64,000 nucleotides of DNA, taken from sequence record MK327936.1; one strand, 5' to 3'. How positions within the stretch are numbered: the first letter of the stretch is position 1; each line of letters opens with the position of its first letter. Below are positions 19,396 through 30,262 of the stretch, in pieces. The notes beneath the pieces were generated by a model. It was not told where the DNA came from, did no database searches, and saw nothing but the letters and a program-made list of their open reading frames with translations. This DNA is from Escherichia phage vB_EcoM_G2540. The translations under genes were made by a program, and so were the position numbers.

Positions 19396-20855
19396 AAACC
19401 AGTTACCTCATGAAAATCACCAAATACATCCTCGAATGTATTAGCTTTAGTTTTATCTTCACGTAAACGAATCGCAATCGGAAGAAATAATTTAACGTAA
19501 TCAGTGCGGCCATCAGATTTTAACCAACCGTTGCATTCGCACTCTAGAATTTTTCCAATATAATAATTTTGATTTTCCATAATGCGAGTACGATCAAGTT
19601 CATGCGATTTTACACCGGCTTTATCTTTTAAGCCTGAACCAGCATTTACTTTAATTTTTCCACACTCTGATTCAAGAATGAAACCACCTGCTTTAGTAGG
19701 GTCTTTACGGTGAGGATAAATTCCTACAATTTTTAAATCAACATCAATTACTTCTTTAAATTTATAAAGATTTTTTGAACGAGCATTTTCCCATAATCCA
19801 TCGATATTTTTGAGAATAATACCTTCAAGACCTTGGTCAATATACTTTTTGTAAATTACCTTAGCTTCATCTAGGTTATTTACTACTTGGTTTTCAATTA
19901 AAATTACTTTATCATAGCCTGATGTCATTTGTTCTAGTTTAGAAAAACGTACATCATATTTTAAACGAAATGCTGGAAGACCATATATTTCTACTAATGG
20001 AACATAATCCCAGACCTGAAACTTCATGCATTGTGCTTCTTTTTCAGAAATGGTTCCCTTTAAAGATTTATTGGCGATGCCATTAGATGCAGTACGTGAT
20101 TCAGCTACTTCGGCGAATTCTTTAGCTTTACTAATTTCAGGATAAGCATCAAAAAGAAAATCTAGGCCTTCTGGTTCCTTTTCAACTTGCTCATGGTATA
20201 CCAATTCGCCATCAATTAACACACCTTCTGGATGAATCTGGCGGGCTTCAGCAGTCATTTTGATTAACTCTTCCTTAAGAAGATCTAATCCTAGATATTC
20301 ATTGCCAGCTCGTGATAAAAGACGAACATCATCTAATTCATCACCTCTGACTTCGGCAAAGCACCGAGCTCCATCAGCTTTTAACTGGGCAAAGGCTGGA
20401 AATTTGATATTCTTATTAATGCCTTTTTCATCATAAGAACTTGCAAGCATTTGAGGTTGTTCAGGAATTAAACCTGGCCAAACTTTGTTCGCAATAGATA
20501 CTGAAGCGCCACATTCAAGGTCTCGCATCATCACTCGACGCAAAACTTCAACATCATCTTTTTTACCATCGGTGATGTATCCAATTAATTCCTCAATCGC
20601 CGCATTTCCAGTCAATTTCCGAGTAGCTAACGTGAATTCAATGAAGTCAAGCATATCGGTAAGAGTCAACATTCCAAAACTCTGGGTAGCAATACCAGGT
20701 TTAGGCCATTTCTTGATATAATACTGTAACCCACGAGAATAAGTCAGACGATATACTCGTTTAAGCAATTCATTATCTTTATTCTTTTCAAGAATTGCTT
20801 GCTTCTGCTTAGTTGAACCAATAGATGCTATTTCGTTCAGAATTTTAAGAATCAT
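19392..20855 (-). CDS. 30: ATP-dependent DNA ligase gp30
   Basis: 487 aa as T4 gp30; adenylation motif KADGARC (KxDG). Confidence 0.9.
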   Translation of the reverse strand: MILKILNEIASIGSTKQKQAILEKNKDNELLKRVYRLTYSRGLQYYIKKWPKPGIATQSFGMLTLTDMLDFIEFTLATRKLTGNAAIEELIGYITDGKKDDVEVLRRVMMRDLECGASVSIANKVWPGLIPEQPQMLASSYDEKGINKNIKFPAFAQLKADGARCFAEVRGDELDDVRLLSRAGNEYLGLDLLKEELIKMTAEARQIHPEGVLIDGELVYHEQVEKEPEGLDFLFDAYPEISKAKEFAEVAESRTASNGIANKSLKGTISEKEAQCMKFQVWDYVPLVEIYGLPAFRLKYDVRFSKLEQMTSGYDKVILIENQVVNNLDEAKVIYKKYIDQGLEGIILKNIDGLWENARSKNLYKFKEVIDVDLKIVGIYPHRKDPTKAGGFILESECGKIKVNAGSGLKDKAGVKSHELDRTRIMENQNYYIGKILECECNGWLKSDGRTDYVKLFLPIAIRLREDKTKANTFEDVFGDFHEVTGL

Positions 20856-21121
20856 TGTTCATCCTTTAGAGTTTGGTTTACAGCTCTATTATAAATCAAT
20901 TCATCATTAAGCTCAGTCAAAGACCTGTGGTACGTTGTTCTAACTTTATTTCCTTGCATCCAGTGCTTGACGTAAATGAAACCTTGCTCTACACATTTTT
21001 TAAAAATTCGTTCGTCTTTTTGAGCTCGGAATTCTGGATTGCATCTAAAAAATTGATTTACGTGACCGTAATCACGTGTAGTATTACCTTCATTTTCATA
21101 AATAGTGTGAACGACAAACAT
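20852..21121 (-). CDS. Hypothetical protein, 89 aa (30.1-like position)
   Basis: ORF with stop/start overlaps on both sides. Confidence 0.4.
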   Translation of the reverse strand: MFVVHTIYENEGNTTRDYGHVNQFFRCNPEFRAQKDERIFKKCVEQGFIYVKHWMQGNKVRTTYHRSLTELNDELIYNRAVNQTLKDEQ

Positions 21122-21975
21122 TAGAATGCTCCTTGGAAAATATTATCACCACTACCACTAGTAAGTCTATTAAAATACCCTGCATCGCCAGGCTTAATAT
21201 AACTCCACGTATGGAATGGATGCATCTGGTGTGAGTGCGTATAATATGGATGATATGGATTATAAGGATTAAATCCAGGAGTTCTCCAGGTAGTGTTCCA
21301 AGGAAAAGAATCGTTTTTGATCATCTTCTCGATTGCATCTTTTATAGCTTTTTCACTATCAAAACTTTCTTTATTTTCCTTCGGTGAAAAAAGCTTATTC
21401 TCTACATCATTCCATGTATAAACTCGCTGAGCAGTTTTTGGAATACTGTCACGCTCCCCTCGAGCCATCCAATAAACAGGAACACTTAATATTTCACTCG
21501 CATGATCGCAGTGGTGAGCGAGATCGTCGATATAACAAATTACGTTATATTTCTCTTTTGCCTTTTTGAACAACTCTTCTTTTGAAGAATCATGACCACA
21601 CATCAATACTTCTGAGAAGGCACCAGGAAAAAGAGCATTCAAATTAAATTGACGATTCAACAAAGCATCAATAGAATCACCCAATGCTGTAACAGCTACA
21701 AAATTATAATCTTCTTTTAATTTGTTAATTACACACAGGGCATCTTTATATGGAGACAAATAGCGAATAAAATCTGAACGATTATACTTTTCGATTAATT
21801 TAACACCGAGTTCTTCATCGCAATTAAAGAGCTTACCAGGAGAAATAAATTTTTCGTCCTGAATCATTTTTAAAATATGTTCTAATGGAAGATTATATTT
21901 TTGGGCAAAATAAGGAAGACCTGATTGCCAGCTTAAACATACTCCATCAATATCAGTTAAAATAGTAGGCTTCAT
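21121..21975 (-). CDS. HAD-superfamily hydrolase-like protein (30.2-like)
   Basis: 284 aa; N-terminal DxDGV motif (LTDIDGVCL) typical of HAD phosphatases. Confidence 0.5.
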   Translation of the reverse strand: MKPTILTDIDGVCLSWQSGLPYFAQKYNLPLEHILKMIQDEKFISPGKLFNCDEELGVKLIEKYNRSDFIRYLSPYKDALCVINKLKEDYNFVAVTALGDSIDALLNRQFNLNALFPGAFSEVLMCGHDSSKEELFKKAKEKYNVICYIDDLAHHCDHASEILSVPVYWMARGERDSIPKTAQRVYTWNDVENKLFSPKENKESFDSEKAIKDAIEKMIKNDSFPWNTTWRTPGFNPYNPYHPYYTHSHQMHPFHTWSYIKPGDAGYFNRLTSGSGDNIFQGAF

Positions 21976-22436
21976 AGAGAGTCTCTTAATAGGTTTAACA
22001 CATCAATAAATTCAGCTTCGGTTAGTATTGTATCATCTTTTGTTAGACCACTAGCCATGCTGTGCTTCAAAACTTTTCCTTTCGAGGCTTGTAATGCATC
22101 GCGAAAGCCCCTATTTTGGATCGCTGCTTCAAAATATGCATTTGTGTATAATTCTTTCCACGCTGGGGAGTATCTTGAAAATGGAACTCCAAGCCAGAAG
22201 AGGGTCCCACGGTCCTGAGCTCTAGCATAAGACCTTCCAGCTTGTTGGGCGGCAAGCCCAGATAACCCAAATATACGACGTTGTTGTTCAACGTTTTTCA
22301 CCTTGCATCCTTGGAGGAATCCTTCAAGACCTCCAAATTGAATACCATCCATAACGAAAGGCCAATGGGCGAAATTACTTAATGCGCATGATGGCCACCT
22401 AAAATTGCTTCTAATCTCTAACTCAGACATTTTCAA
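21972..22436 (-). CDS. NADAR/YbiA-like (DUF1768) domain protein (30.3-like)
   Basis: 154 aa; motif SNFAHWPF...DG..F...E.FLQ..K resembles the NADAR signature. Confidence 0.5.
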   Translation of the reverse strand: MKMSELEIRSNFRWPSCALSNFAHWPFVMDGIQFGGLEGFLQGCKVKNVEQQRRIFGLSGLAAQQAGRSYARAQDRGTLFWLGVPFSRYSPAWKELYTNAYFEAAIQNRGFRDALQASKGKVLKHSMASGLTKDDTILTEAEFIDVLNLLRDSL

Positions 22437-22437
22437 T

Positions 22438-22611
22438 GCTTATAATTTCAACATCAGCCCAATGACCATAGCAAGGAAGACGAAATTCAACTGGCCATCT
22501 AATATAATAGACTCAACTTGTGGTTCTTCGTGTTCATCAGTATACGGATTTTTATCTGTTACTTTATATGTGACCTTAATGTACTGAATTCCAAAAATCT
22601 TATTAATTATA
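22438..22611 (-). CDS. Small hypothetical protein with C-terminal hydrophobic segment (~57 aa)
   Basis: ATG-initiated ORF filling the gap between neighbouring genes; below ORF-track cutoff. Confidence 0.3.
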
Positions 22612-22612
22612 T

Positions 22613-22810
22613 TCATACTAATTCCTTTAATCCGTAGATAGGAGATAATTCATCGCCCATATGAAGGTCTTCATTTCCATCTACCCAAGAAACAATATAA
22701 GCCTCTTTTACTTGAACGTCTCCCAATTTAAATGCGGGTAAAACCTTAGAAATTAATCCAGGTATACCAACTCCCTTTAATTCAACAGTTTGACCTAAAA
22801 AGAATTTCAT
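22613..22810 (-). CDS. Hypothetical protein, 65 aa
   Basis: ORF in 30.x block. Confidence 0.35.
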   Translation of the reverse strand: MKFFLGQTVELKGVGIPGLISKVLPAFKLGDVQVKEAYIVSWVDGNEDLHMGDELSPIYGLKELV

Positions 22811-23097
22811 TAAAACCTCATCTGAAAACCGTGCGATTTAACATTACCGCCATTAATATCAGAACTATTAATTTCACGTGCAATTGAGGGATCAATGTCA
22901 ATTTCGCGATTGAGTTTAGTGATAGCTAAAGTATCGCGCCCATTTACAGTACGGAACTCTAAAGGGCAGACTACATTAACGTAGTTTTTAATCGATTCAC
23001 TGGTAGGTTGCAAATGTGCAGGAAGGTCTTTAGGCGCCTTTGAGAAAACTACTTCGCAGAAGTTTTTACGGGTATCAAAATAAGTAGTCATAAACAT
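22810..23097 (-). CDS. Hypothetical protein, 95 aa
   Basis: ORF in 30.x block, preceded by intercistronic hairpin. Confidence 0.4.
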   Translation of the reverse strand: MFMTTYFDTRKNFCEVVFSKAPKDLPAHLQPTSESIKNYVNVVCPLEFRTVNGRDTLAITKLNREIDIDPSIAREINSSDINGGNVKSHGFQMRF

Positions 23098-23136
23098 AAC
23101 ATTTCCTCAGTAAGGGGCCAAAGCCCCTCATTTATT

Positions 23137-23514
23137 TTAAATATCAAATTCGTTAAGAACTACATCAAAGATTGCTTCAAGATGCTCAGGTTTAGCTCTG
23201 TTACTCAGAATATGACGAATCCAAGTTTTAACCAAAAGCTTGCGATTAACGCCATTCCAGCAAGGATGAGTCCCTAAATCGCGTTCACGGAAATCATCAT
23301 CCAGAGCGATTTTAAAGTTGGAACCTTCCATCGTGATTGAAACCGTGATACCGTTTTCAAATCGCATATAAACGTAATTAGGAGTCATATACTGCTCAAT
23401 TTCGCATACTGATCCATTTTGATGTTTCCAAAGGCAAATAGTATCAATAGAACCTGCAATACCATTAGAAACATATTTACGTTCAAAGTTGATGTAGTTC
23501 ATTTTATTCTCCAA
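23137..23514 (-). CDS. Hypothetical protein, 125 aa
   Basis: ORF directly downstream of an early promoter. Confidence 0.45.
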   Translation of the reverse strand: MENKMNYINFERKYVSNGIAGSIDTICLWKHQNGSVCEIEQYMTPNYVYMRFENGITVSITMEGSNFKIALDDDFRERDLGTHPCWNGVNRKLLVKTWIRHILSNRAKPEHLEAIFDVVLNEFDI

Positions 23515-23535
23515 GATGTTTAATTGCGGTACAGG

Positions 23536-23567
23536 TATATAATATCATATCCTGTACCAAAGTAAAC
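23536..23567 (-). promoter_or_regulatory. T4 early promoter
   Basis: minus strand: TTTACT -35 then TG-extended A/T-rich -10 (TATTAT). Confidence 0.45.
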
Positions 23568-23569
23568 AA

Positions 23570-23902
23570 TTATTTTACTACTTTCCAATGCTGCATGTCA
23601 AGTTTACCAACTTTTTTCATCTTCTCAATTAAGCGTTCGGCACGTTGGCGAGCTGTAACATAATACCATTCACCTAATTCATTTTGTTCAATTTTTCCAA
23701 CGATTACTGTATTCAATTCATAAATCCAACCAGTAAAGAAATTATGAACTTGAATTGTAAAGGTGAAATCTGTTCCCATACCTTCTGTTGTTTCTACTTC
23801 AATAATATCACCTTCAACTGCCATTAAGAACCACATAGTTTCATCATATTTACCATTGAAGCATTTAGTTTTAACTGCAGCGTTCAGATTAATCGTTTTC
23901 AT
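23570..23902 (-). CDS. Hypothetical protein, 110 aa
   Basis: ORF directly downstream of an early promoter. Confidence 0.45.
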   Translation of the reverse strand: MKTINLNAAVKTKCFNGKYDETMWFLMAVEGDIIEVETTEGMGTDFTFTIQVHNFFTGWIYELNTVIVGKIEQNELGEWYYVTARQRAERLIEKMKKVGKLDMQHWKVVK

Positions 23903-23929
23903 TTTATTCTCCTTTGTTTGTGTAAGATA

Positions 23930-23958
23930 ATACTATCACAAAGGAACCATACTGTAAA
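23930..23958 (-). promoter_or_regulatory. T4 early promoter
   Basis: minus strand: TTTACA -35, 17 bp spacer, TGA-TAGTAT extended -10. Confidence 0.5.
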
Positions 23959-23978
23959 CAACTTTATGCAATCTTTGG

Positions 23979-24007
23979 AAAATAAAAAAGGACTCCCGAA
24001 GGAGTCC
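23979..24007 (-). terminator. Rho-independent terminator
   Basis: GGACTCC-CGAA-GGAGTCC hairpin followed on minus strand by TTTTTTATTTT. Confidence 0.65.
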
Positions 24008-24012
24008 TCAAC

Positions 24013-24189
24013 TTATGCTTTCTGCTTACCAAAACGAGAAGCATCATCTCGAAGAACCGCACGTGCTCGGCGCATGATCTTCTCAACAGTTTGATTGATA
24101 CGAGAGTTCGACCCACGCTTGTAGCCAGCGCGTTTAGAATCACCAACTTTCTTTTCAACTGCTTTCTTTGCTTTAGCTTGTTTTGCCAT
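24013..24189 (-). CDS. Small basic Lys/Arg-rich protein, 58 aa
   Basis: Likely starts at internal ATG 24189 (MAKQAKAKK...); ORF-track version extends to 24231. Confidence 0.4.
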   Translation of the reverse strand: MAKQAKAKKAVEKKVGDSKRAGYKRGSNSRINQTVEKIMRRARAVLRDDASRFGKQKA

Positions 24190-24433
24190 TATAAATTCTC
24201 TTTTAAATGAAAATGCAGGACTTATTGGCATTGCCTGCGCAAGCCCTCAAGGGGAACATAGGTTTTTGGATATTTAACGACCAGGATAACCATAAACCCG
24301 TCATCATTCACATTCAAGAGGTACACCGTAAAACTGCCGGGGTCTTAAAACTATAATGATTCGCAAATCATTAATCAGACAGTTCGACGGCTCCTCGATT
24401 TAGCTCACACTAAGGCAGTGAATCTCCAATAAA

Positions 24434-24682
24434 TTACTTCAATGTTACCACAAAGTGACGAACTGCTTTTCGCGCAGCAGAAGCCAAAGGCTTAGCATAT
24501 TTAAGTTCATCTTTTTCCTGAAGCTCAGCAGCTAATGCAGTTTGAGCAGGATTCAGATGTTTGAAATAACGCAGGATTTCAAGAGCTTCGGCTTCAACAT
24601 CAATAGATGCGCCATAGTTTTCGTGACCATTATTCCATGCGTTTCGTTGCAGTTCAAGAGCGTGTTGTAATTGTTTAATCAT
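24434..24682 (-). CDS. rIII: rIII lysis-inhibition accessory protein (tentative)
   Basis: 82 aa; position immediately downstream of gene 31 as in T4. Confidence 0.5.
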   Translation of the reverse strand: MIKQLQHALELQRNAWNNGHENYGASIDVEAEALEILRYFKHLNPAQTALAAELQEKDELKYAKPLASAARKAVRHFVVTLK

Positions 24683-24821
24683 TTAAAAATTCTCGTTAGA
24701 GATTAAAACTCGGTAGTCACGTTCTTCTGAATTTCATCTTCTTTCGACAGATCTCTCAGTTGTAGACTACCACATAGAATTGTTCGGTTAACTTATTATT
24801 CCGACACCCAATTCATATTAT

Positions 24822-24829
24822 TATTTATA
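24822..24829 (-). promoter_or_regulatory. T4 late promoter (TATAAATA) upstream of rIII
   Basis: rc of 24822-24829 is TATAAATA, immediately after the gene 31 stop. Confidence 0.45.
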
Positions 24830-25165
24830 TCACTTATAAAGACACGGAATAGCTTTATAGTGACAAGTAACGAATTTTTGTTTAATTTCTTTTGGCTGCT
24901 TAAGACCCAGAGCTACAAAAGGATGCGGAACATTTCGAATTTGACCAACTGGAAGAGAAGTCAAATCACCAACTTCGCAGAAACCTTCAGGAACATCAGG
25001 ACCGACAGAGTGAACTACACACAGTTCAGGAACTTCACCTTGAACACGTTTACCGATAATAAGTCCTGATTCTGTAACTTCTTCATCACCGGCTTGTGCA
25101 GGTTCAGAAACTAAAATAACATATTCACCGACAGCACGAATTGGTAGCTGTTGTACTTCAGACAT
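24830..25165 (-). CDS. 31: Co-chaperonin gp31 (GroES-like)
   Basis: 111 aa as T4 gp31; middle promoter upstream. Confidence 0.9.
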
Positions 25166-25195
25166 CGTTTTTCCTTTTTGTTAACAGATGAATTA

Positions 25196-25222
25196 ATAAT
25201 AACAAATAATTCTTAAAGCATT
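25196..25222 (-). promoter_or_regulatory. MotA-dependent middle promoter for gene 31
   Basis: MotA box AATGCTTTA, 12 bp spacer, -10 TATTAT on minus strand. Confidence 0.5.
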
Positions 25223-25530
25223 TATTTACCAATAAATTGGAGCAAATGCTCAACTTTCATACCATTAACGGAAATCAATTTGTCAATAGAAAAACCTCGC
25301 CATGCACCAAGTTCAACATCAAATACTGGAATCATATCAGTAGATTCTTTCCGAGTAGATTCAGTCAATTTACCAGTTTGCATGGTTGGCATAAAGTCAG
25401 CATCGCGAGTACCTTTCATAACACGAATAGTACCATCAGACTTTTCAAAAACTACGTTTGAAACACCCATGGACAATTTAGTTTTCAAAATTTCACGAAT
25501 TGCTACTTTTTGTTCAGTCGTCAGTTTCAT
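25222..25530 (-). CDS. Hypothetical protein (31.1-like)
   Basis: 102-aa ORF between cd and 31. Confidence 0.5.
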   Translation of the reverse strand: MKLTTEQKVAIREILKTKLSMGVSNVVFEKSDGTIRVMKGTRDADFMPTMQTGKLTESTRKESTDMIPVFDVELGAWRGFSIDKLISVNGMKVEHLLQFIGK

Positions 25531-25767
25531 TTATTTACCTATTACAGTTTTAATATGAGTTGTTCCACGTTCTTTAAGAGTGGAAAGTAATTTTTGGCAT
25601 TTTTCTAAATCAGATTTCCAACTATGTGGTCTATCAATACAAACCCAGTTTGACTTATAATACTGCTTCCATTTAGAGAAAAAATACTTCTTATACTCTA
25701 CAGCAAATGAAATGTTCTCGTTGGAATAAGAACTAATTGCTGTGAGCTGTACCAAACGAAATTTCAT
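25531..25767 (-). CDS. Hypothetical protein (31.2-like)
   Basis: 78-aa ORF overlapping the cd stop. Confidence 0.45.
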   Translation of the reverse strand: MKFRLVQLTAISSYSNENISFAVEYKKYFFSKWKQYYKSNWVCIDRPHSWKSDLEKCQKLLSTLKERGTTHIKTVIGK

Positions 25768-26348
25768 TATTCACCACAGAATTCGTTGATATTTTCCCAG
25801 TTTAACTTATTTAAGTTTTTCTTAGGAACATTAAACACTTCAATACCTGCATTTCGCAGAATATCATCCCAGCCAGGTTTATTTTTATCGTATGTTTCAC
25901 AATAAACCAGCTTTTTAATTCCAGATTGAGCTATTGCTTTTGCACAATCTGGGCAAGGAGAAAGTGTTACATACATAGTAGCACCTTCAATTGAAGAACC
26001 GTTTCGTGCAGCAAACAAAATCGCATTTAGTTCAGCATGAATTTCATTTTTAGACGACCATTCAGAGTGCGCGCTACGATGTTCTTTCGCCAATACAAAA
26101 CGATCAGTTGAACCAAACGATACACATTCAGGCTTATGACCTTGAATGATAGTATGTTTAGGCTTATTCAGCAACCAACCTTGCTCAGCAGCATAATCAC
26201 AGCAGTTCACACCACCTGCAGGTGAACCATTATATCCAGTAGAAATAATACGTCCATTCTTTTCAATTACTGCTCCTACTTTCCAGGAGCAACATTTTGA
26301 TTCTTGTGATACTAAATATGCAATTTGAAGTACTGTACTCGCTTTCAT
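25767..26348 (-). CDS. cd: dCMP deaminase
   Basis: 193 aa as T4 Cd; zinc-binding deaminase motifs HAELNAI and PCPDCAKAI. Confidence 0.9.
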   Translation of the reverse strand: MKASTVLQIAYLVSQESKCCSWKVGAVIEKNGRIISTGYNGSPAGGVNCCDYAAEQGWLLNKPKHTIIQGHKPECVSFGSTDRFVLAKEHRSAHSEWSSKNEIHAELNAILFAARNGSSIEGATMYVTLSPCPDCAKAIAQSGIKKLVYCETYDKNKPGWDDILRNAGIEVFNVPKKNLNKLNWENINEFCGE

Positions 26349-26683
26349 TTCATAATCACCAGATAAGCAGATTTAGCAGTTTCAACACGATAAATTTCGT
26401 GACGAAGTTTAGTTATACTTTTAATAACAGAACTAATTATATTCTGCCCATCTTTAAAGCGGTTTTTCTTATCAATAAAAATTGCGCCAACCATCTTTTT
26501 GTGAAGCTCAACCGGATACTTCGTCACAATAATAGCATCATACACAGAAGGATGAATACTATTCACCAGAGTATCATTCATTAAAGTTATTCTAATGAAC
26601 TTTGCTGTTTCAGAGTCAAGCGCTCTATGATCGCCAGTATCATTTTCAAGACAATTATCAATTATATCAGTTAAATTCATCAT
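26345..26683 (-). CDS. Hypothetical protein, 112 aa
   Basis: ORF in cd-pseT ORFan block. Confidence 0.45.
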   Translation of the reverse strand: MMNLTDIIDNCLENDTGDHRALDSETAKFIRITLMNDTLVNSIHPSVYDAIIVTKYPVELHKKMVGAIFIDKKNRFKDGQNIISSVIKSITKLRHEIYRVETAKSAYLVIMK

Positions 26684-26916
26684 AGTACGCCATACACCCT
26701 TTGTGCTTCAACTAATCCATCAAAATCCAATTTGAGATGTGTTATTTGGTCACCATCACCTGGATTCACAATTACTAATACCGAACGAGGAGTTTCGGTA
26801 ATAACACGAACCGACGTTTCAGGAAATCGTTCAGAAACCTTATTTACCAATTCTTGAGCAAATAGTTTAACTTTTTCTTGGAATTCTTTAACAGTAATTG
26901 GTTTTTCGCTTAGCAT
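26680..26916 (-). CDS. Hypothetical protein, 78 aa
   Basis: ORF in cd-pseT ORFan block. Confidence 0.45.
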   Translation of the reverse strand: MLSEKPITVKEFQEKVKLFAQELVNKVSERFPETSVRVITETPRSVLVIVNPGDGDQITHLKLDFDGLVEAQRVYGVL

Positions 26917-27437
26917 GTTGATCCTAGCTCCTTACTTTCAACATTTTTAACTAATTTGACAGAAACTAATTCAGCATCTTGGGTAATCATTACCGGACCT
27001 TCTTCATGCTCTTCAAGATATTCTAGAGCTTTCTTTTTAGCTTCTTCCTTCGTATCAGTTTGAGCATAGATATAGAACATACAACCAGTAATACCTACTA
27101 CTTTCCACTTAATTTCTTTATCAGTTTTAATTTCAAATTTACTTACAGAATCATCTTTTTGAACTTCTTCGAAAAAAGAATATTCTAACATATAAGCAAT
27201 TGAAAATAACGGGCTAACTTTATAGGATTCACCCATTACATCAACAGCTTTATACCAACAATCATCAATTTCACGTTTAATGCTAATAACATTTTTCGCA
27301 GGATCTATTTTTACTTTAAATGAATTTTCCCCAATAAACTGGGCAATTCGTTTATTAGCCCCGCAAGTTTCATTAAAAATATCTTTATACCCAGTTTTAA
27401 AGCGATAAACCTTATCTTCTTCAAACCATTCGCTCAT
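26910..27437 (-). CDS. Hypothetical protein, 175 aa
   Basis: ORF directly downstream of an early promoter. Confidence 0.5.
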   Translation of the reverse strand: MSEWFEEDKVYRFKTGYKDIFNETCGANKRIAQFIGENSFKVKIDPAKNVISIKREIDDCWYKAVDVMGESYKVSPLFSIAYMLEYSFFEEVQKDDSVSKFEIKTDKEIKWKVVGITGCMFYIYAQTDTKEEAKKKALEYLEEHEEGPVMITQDAELVSVKLVKNVESKELGSTC

Positions 27438-27467
27438 TTCAATTTCCTCGTTTGTTTTGGTAGAGCT

Positions 27468-27496
27468 ATAATATCACAACTCTACCGTAAAGTAAA
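27468..27496 (-). promoter_or_regulatory. T4 early promoter
   Basis: minus strand: TTTACT -35, 17 bp spacer, TGA-TATTAT extended -10. Confidence 0.5.
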
Positions 27497-27498
27497 CT

Positions 27499-27774
27499 TT
27501 AAATTGCTTTGAATTCTGATGTCTGTGATTCAAAGCGAATATCGCCTTTGATGACTAGCTCAGCATCAAGACCGAATACGACAATGATATGCGCGGAACC
27601 TGGATACAACGTGATGGCAACAGAATCCACCTGGTCTGGAAGCAAAGTGTTCAATACATGAGTCACTTGAGCATGGATTCGAAGCTCAGCTGCGTTATCA
27701 AGTTTTTCAAACATATTATTAGCGATAATTTGGCTAAACACTACTTCTACGATTTTAGAGTAAGTCGGAAACAT
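27499..27774 (-). CDS. Hypothetical protein, 91 aa
   Basis: ORF in cd-pseT block. Confidence 0.45.
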   Translation of the reverse strand: MFPTYSKIVEVVFSQIIANNMFEKLDNAAELRIHAQVTHVLNTLLPDQVDSVAITLYPGSAHIIVVFGLDAELVIKGDIRFESQTSEFKAI

Positions 27775-27776
27775 AT

Positions 27777-27969
27777 TTACCTCACATAATTTTCTTCAAG
27801 CCAATCAATAACATCCAAAGCGTTATCAAAAGTTGCGCCATCTACTTTGTCTTCTGTTTCATAATCAAGAACATCTAGGCCTACTCTTCCGTCAACAATA
27901 GGCCATAGACAAAATAGATATTTCTTTTCTTTTTCAATTTTATCACAAAGACGATAAATCTTTTCTAGG

Positions 27970-27977
<8 letters not shown>
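27777..27977 (-). CDS. Hypothetical protein, 66 aa
   Basis: ORF in cd-pseT block. Confidence 0.4.
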
Positions 27978-29385
<1,408 letters not shown>

Positions 29386-29389
<4 letters not shown>

Positions 29390-29616
29390 TTATTTTTCTC
29401 AACTAATGATTGAATATAATCATGCAGGTCTTTAGATGCTTTACCCCACTTATTTTGATATTCATTTTTGAGATTAGCACGGGATTGAGCTAATAAAACA
29501 TCATTAGTTGGAGGTAAAGATTCTAACCGCTGAATCTGGCGTCCATAAATCATTGCAGCCATCTCGGATTCATAAATCAATCCTTTGAGATGTTCAAATT
29601 GATGCCATGAAATCAT
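29386..29616 (-). CDS. Hypothetical protein, 76 aa
   Basis: ORF between pseT and spanin pair. Confidence 0.45.
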
Positions 29617-29912
29617 TTACATTTATCCTCTTTTAACTCTTGACGATAATAACATATCATAGTTTTTTGGTCATGTACATATCGTTTTACATCATTAAGC
29701 CAAATACGAAATTCCTGGGAATCTTCAAATGGCATACCGACCCAAGCTTTACCATCAATAACTTTAACTTGCCAAGATAGTTTAGCTTCATCATATGACT
29801 TTATCTGTACAGGCCAATTAGGATGAACTGTTTCTTTCTTTACTTCTAGAGGCTTTGTCGAACAACCAGCTAGAAGACCGATAGATAATATTACTGCTGA
29901 TAGTCTAATCAT
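29613..29912 (-). CDS. Outer-membrane spanin candidate (lipoprotein)
   Basis: 99 aa; signal peptide with lipobox LLAGC; directly downstream of TM + coiled-coil partner. Confidence 0.55.
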   Translation of the reverse strand: MIRLSAVILSIGLLAGCSTKPLEVKKETVHPNWPVQIKSYDEAKLSWQVKVIDGKAWVGMPFEDSQEFRIWLNDVKRYVHDQKTMICYYRQELKEDKCK

Positions 29913-30262
29913 TTAGAAAGGTCCTGGATGTCTTCTGCGAACTTGTTGAAGGAGTTGTTGATTTGTTTTTCAACCAATCCTGGCTTACGAGCCACCACAT
30001 CTGCCTTCTTTGCATCTTTGCGCAGTTTTTCATTTTCACGCTCAATAGCAGCAATCGCCTCACGATTTTTATTATTCATCGCATCAATATAATTATACTG
30101 AATTCGCAAATTATTTAATGCTAAGGCGTTTTCATTGGCCGTTTTTGTAATTTCTACAACAGACGTTTCTAATCTTTCAATTTTATTTTTTAAAATTAAA
30201 GAAGTTCCGCCTAATGCAATTACAATTAATAGCAAACCTGCTGTCGTATTACTTAATTGCAT
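29909..30262 (-). CDS. Inner-membrane spanin candidate
   Basis: 117 aa; N-terminal TM helix (AGLLLIVIALGG) then charged coiled-coil-like periplasmic region; ATGA coupling to the lipoprotein gene. Confidence 0.55.
   Translation of the reverse strand: MQLSNTTAGLLLIVIALGGTSLILKNKIERLETSVVEITKTANENALALNNLRIQYNYIDAMNNKNREAIAAIERENEKLRKDAKKADVVARKPGLVEKQINNSFNKFAEDIQDLSK

Noticed and set aside
23108-23126. AGGGGC-CAAA-GCCCCT hairpin as a terminator
   Set aside because: The T-run is on the non-coding plus strand; on the coding strand it is followed by the SD of the next gene
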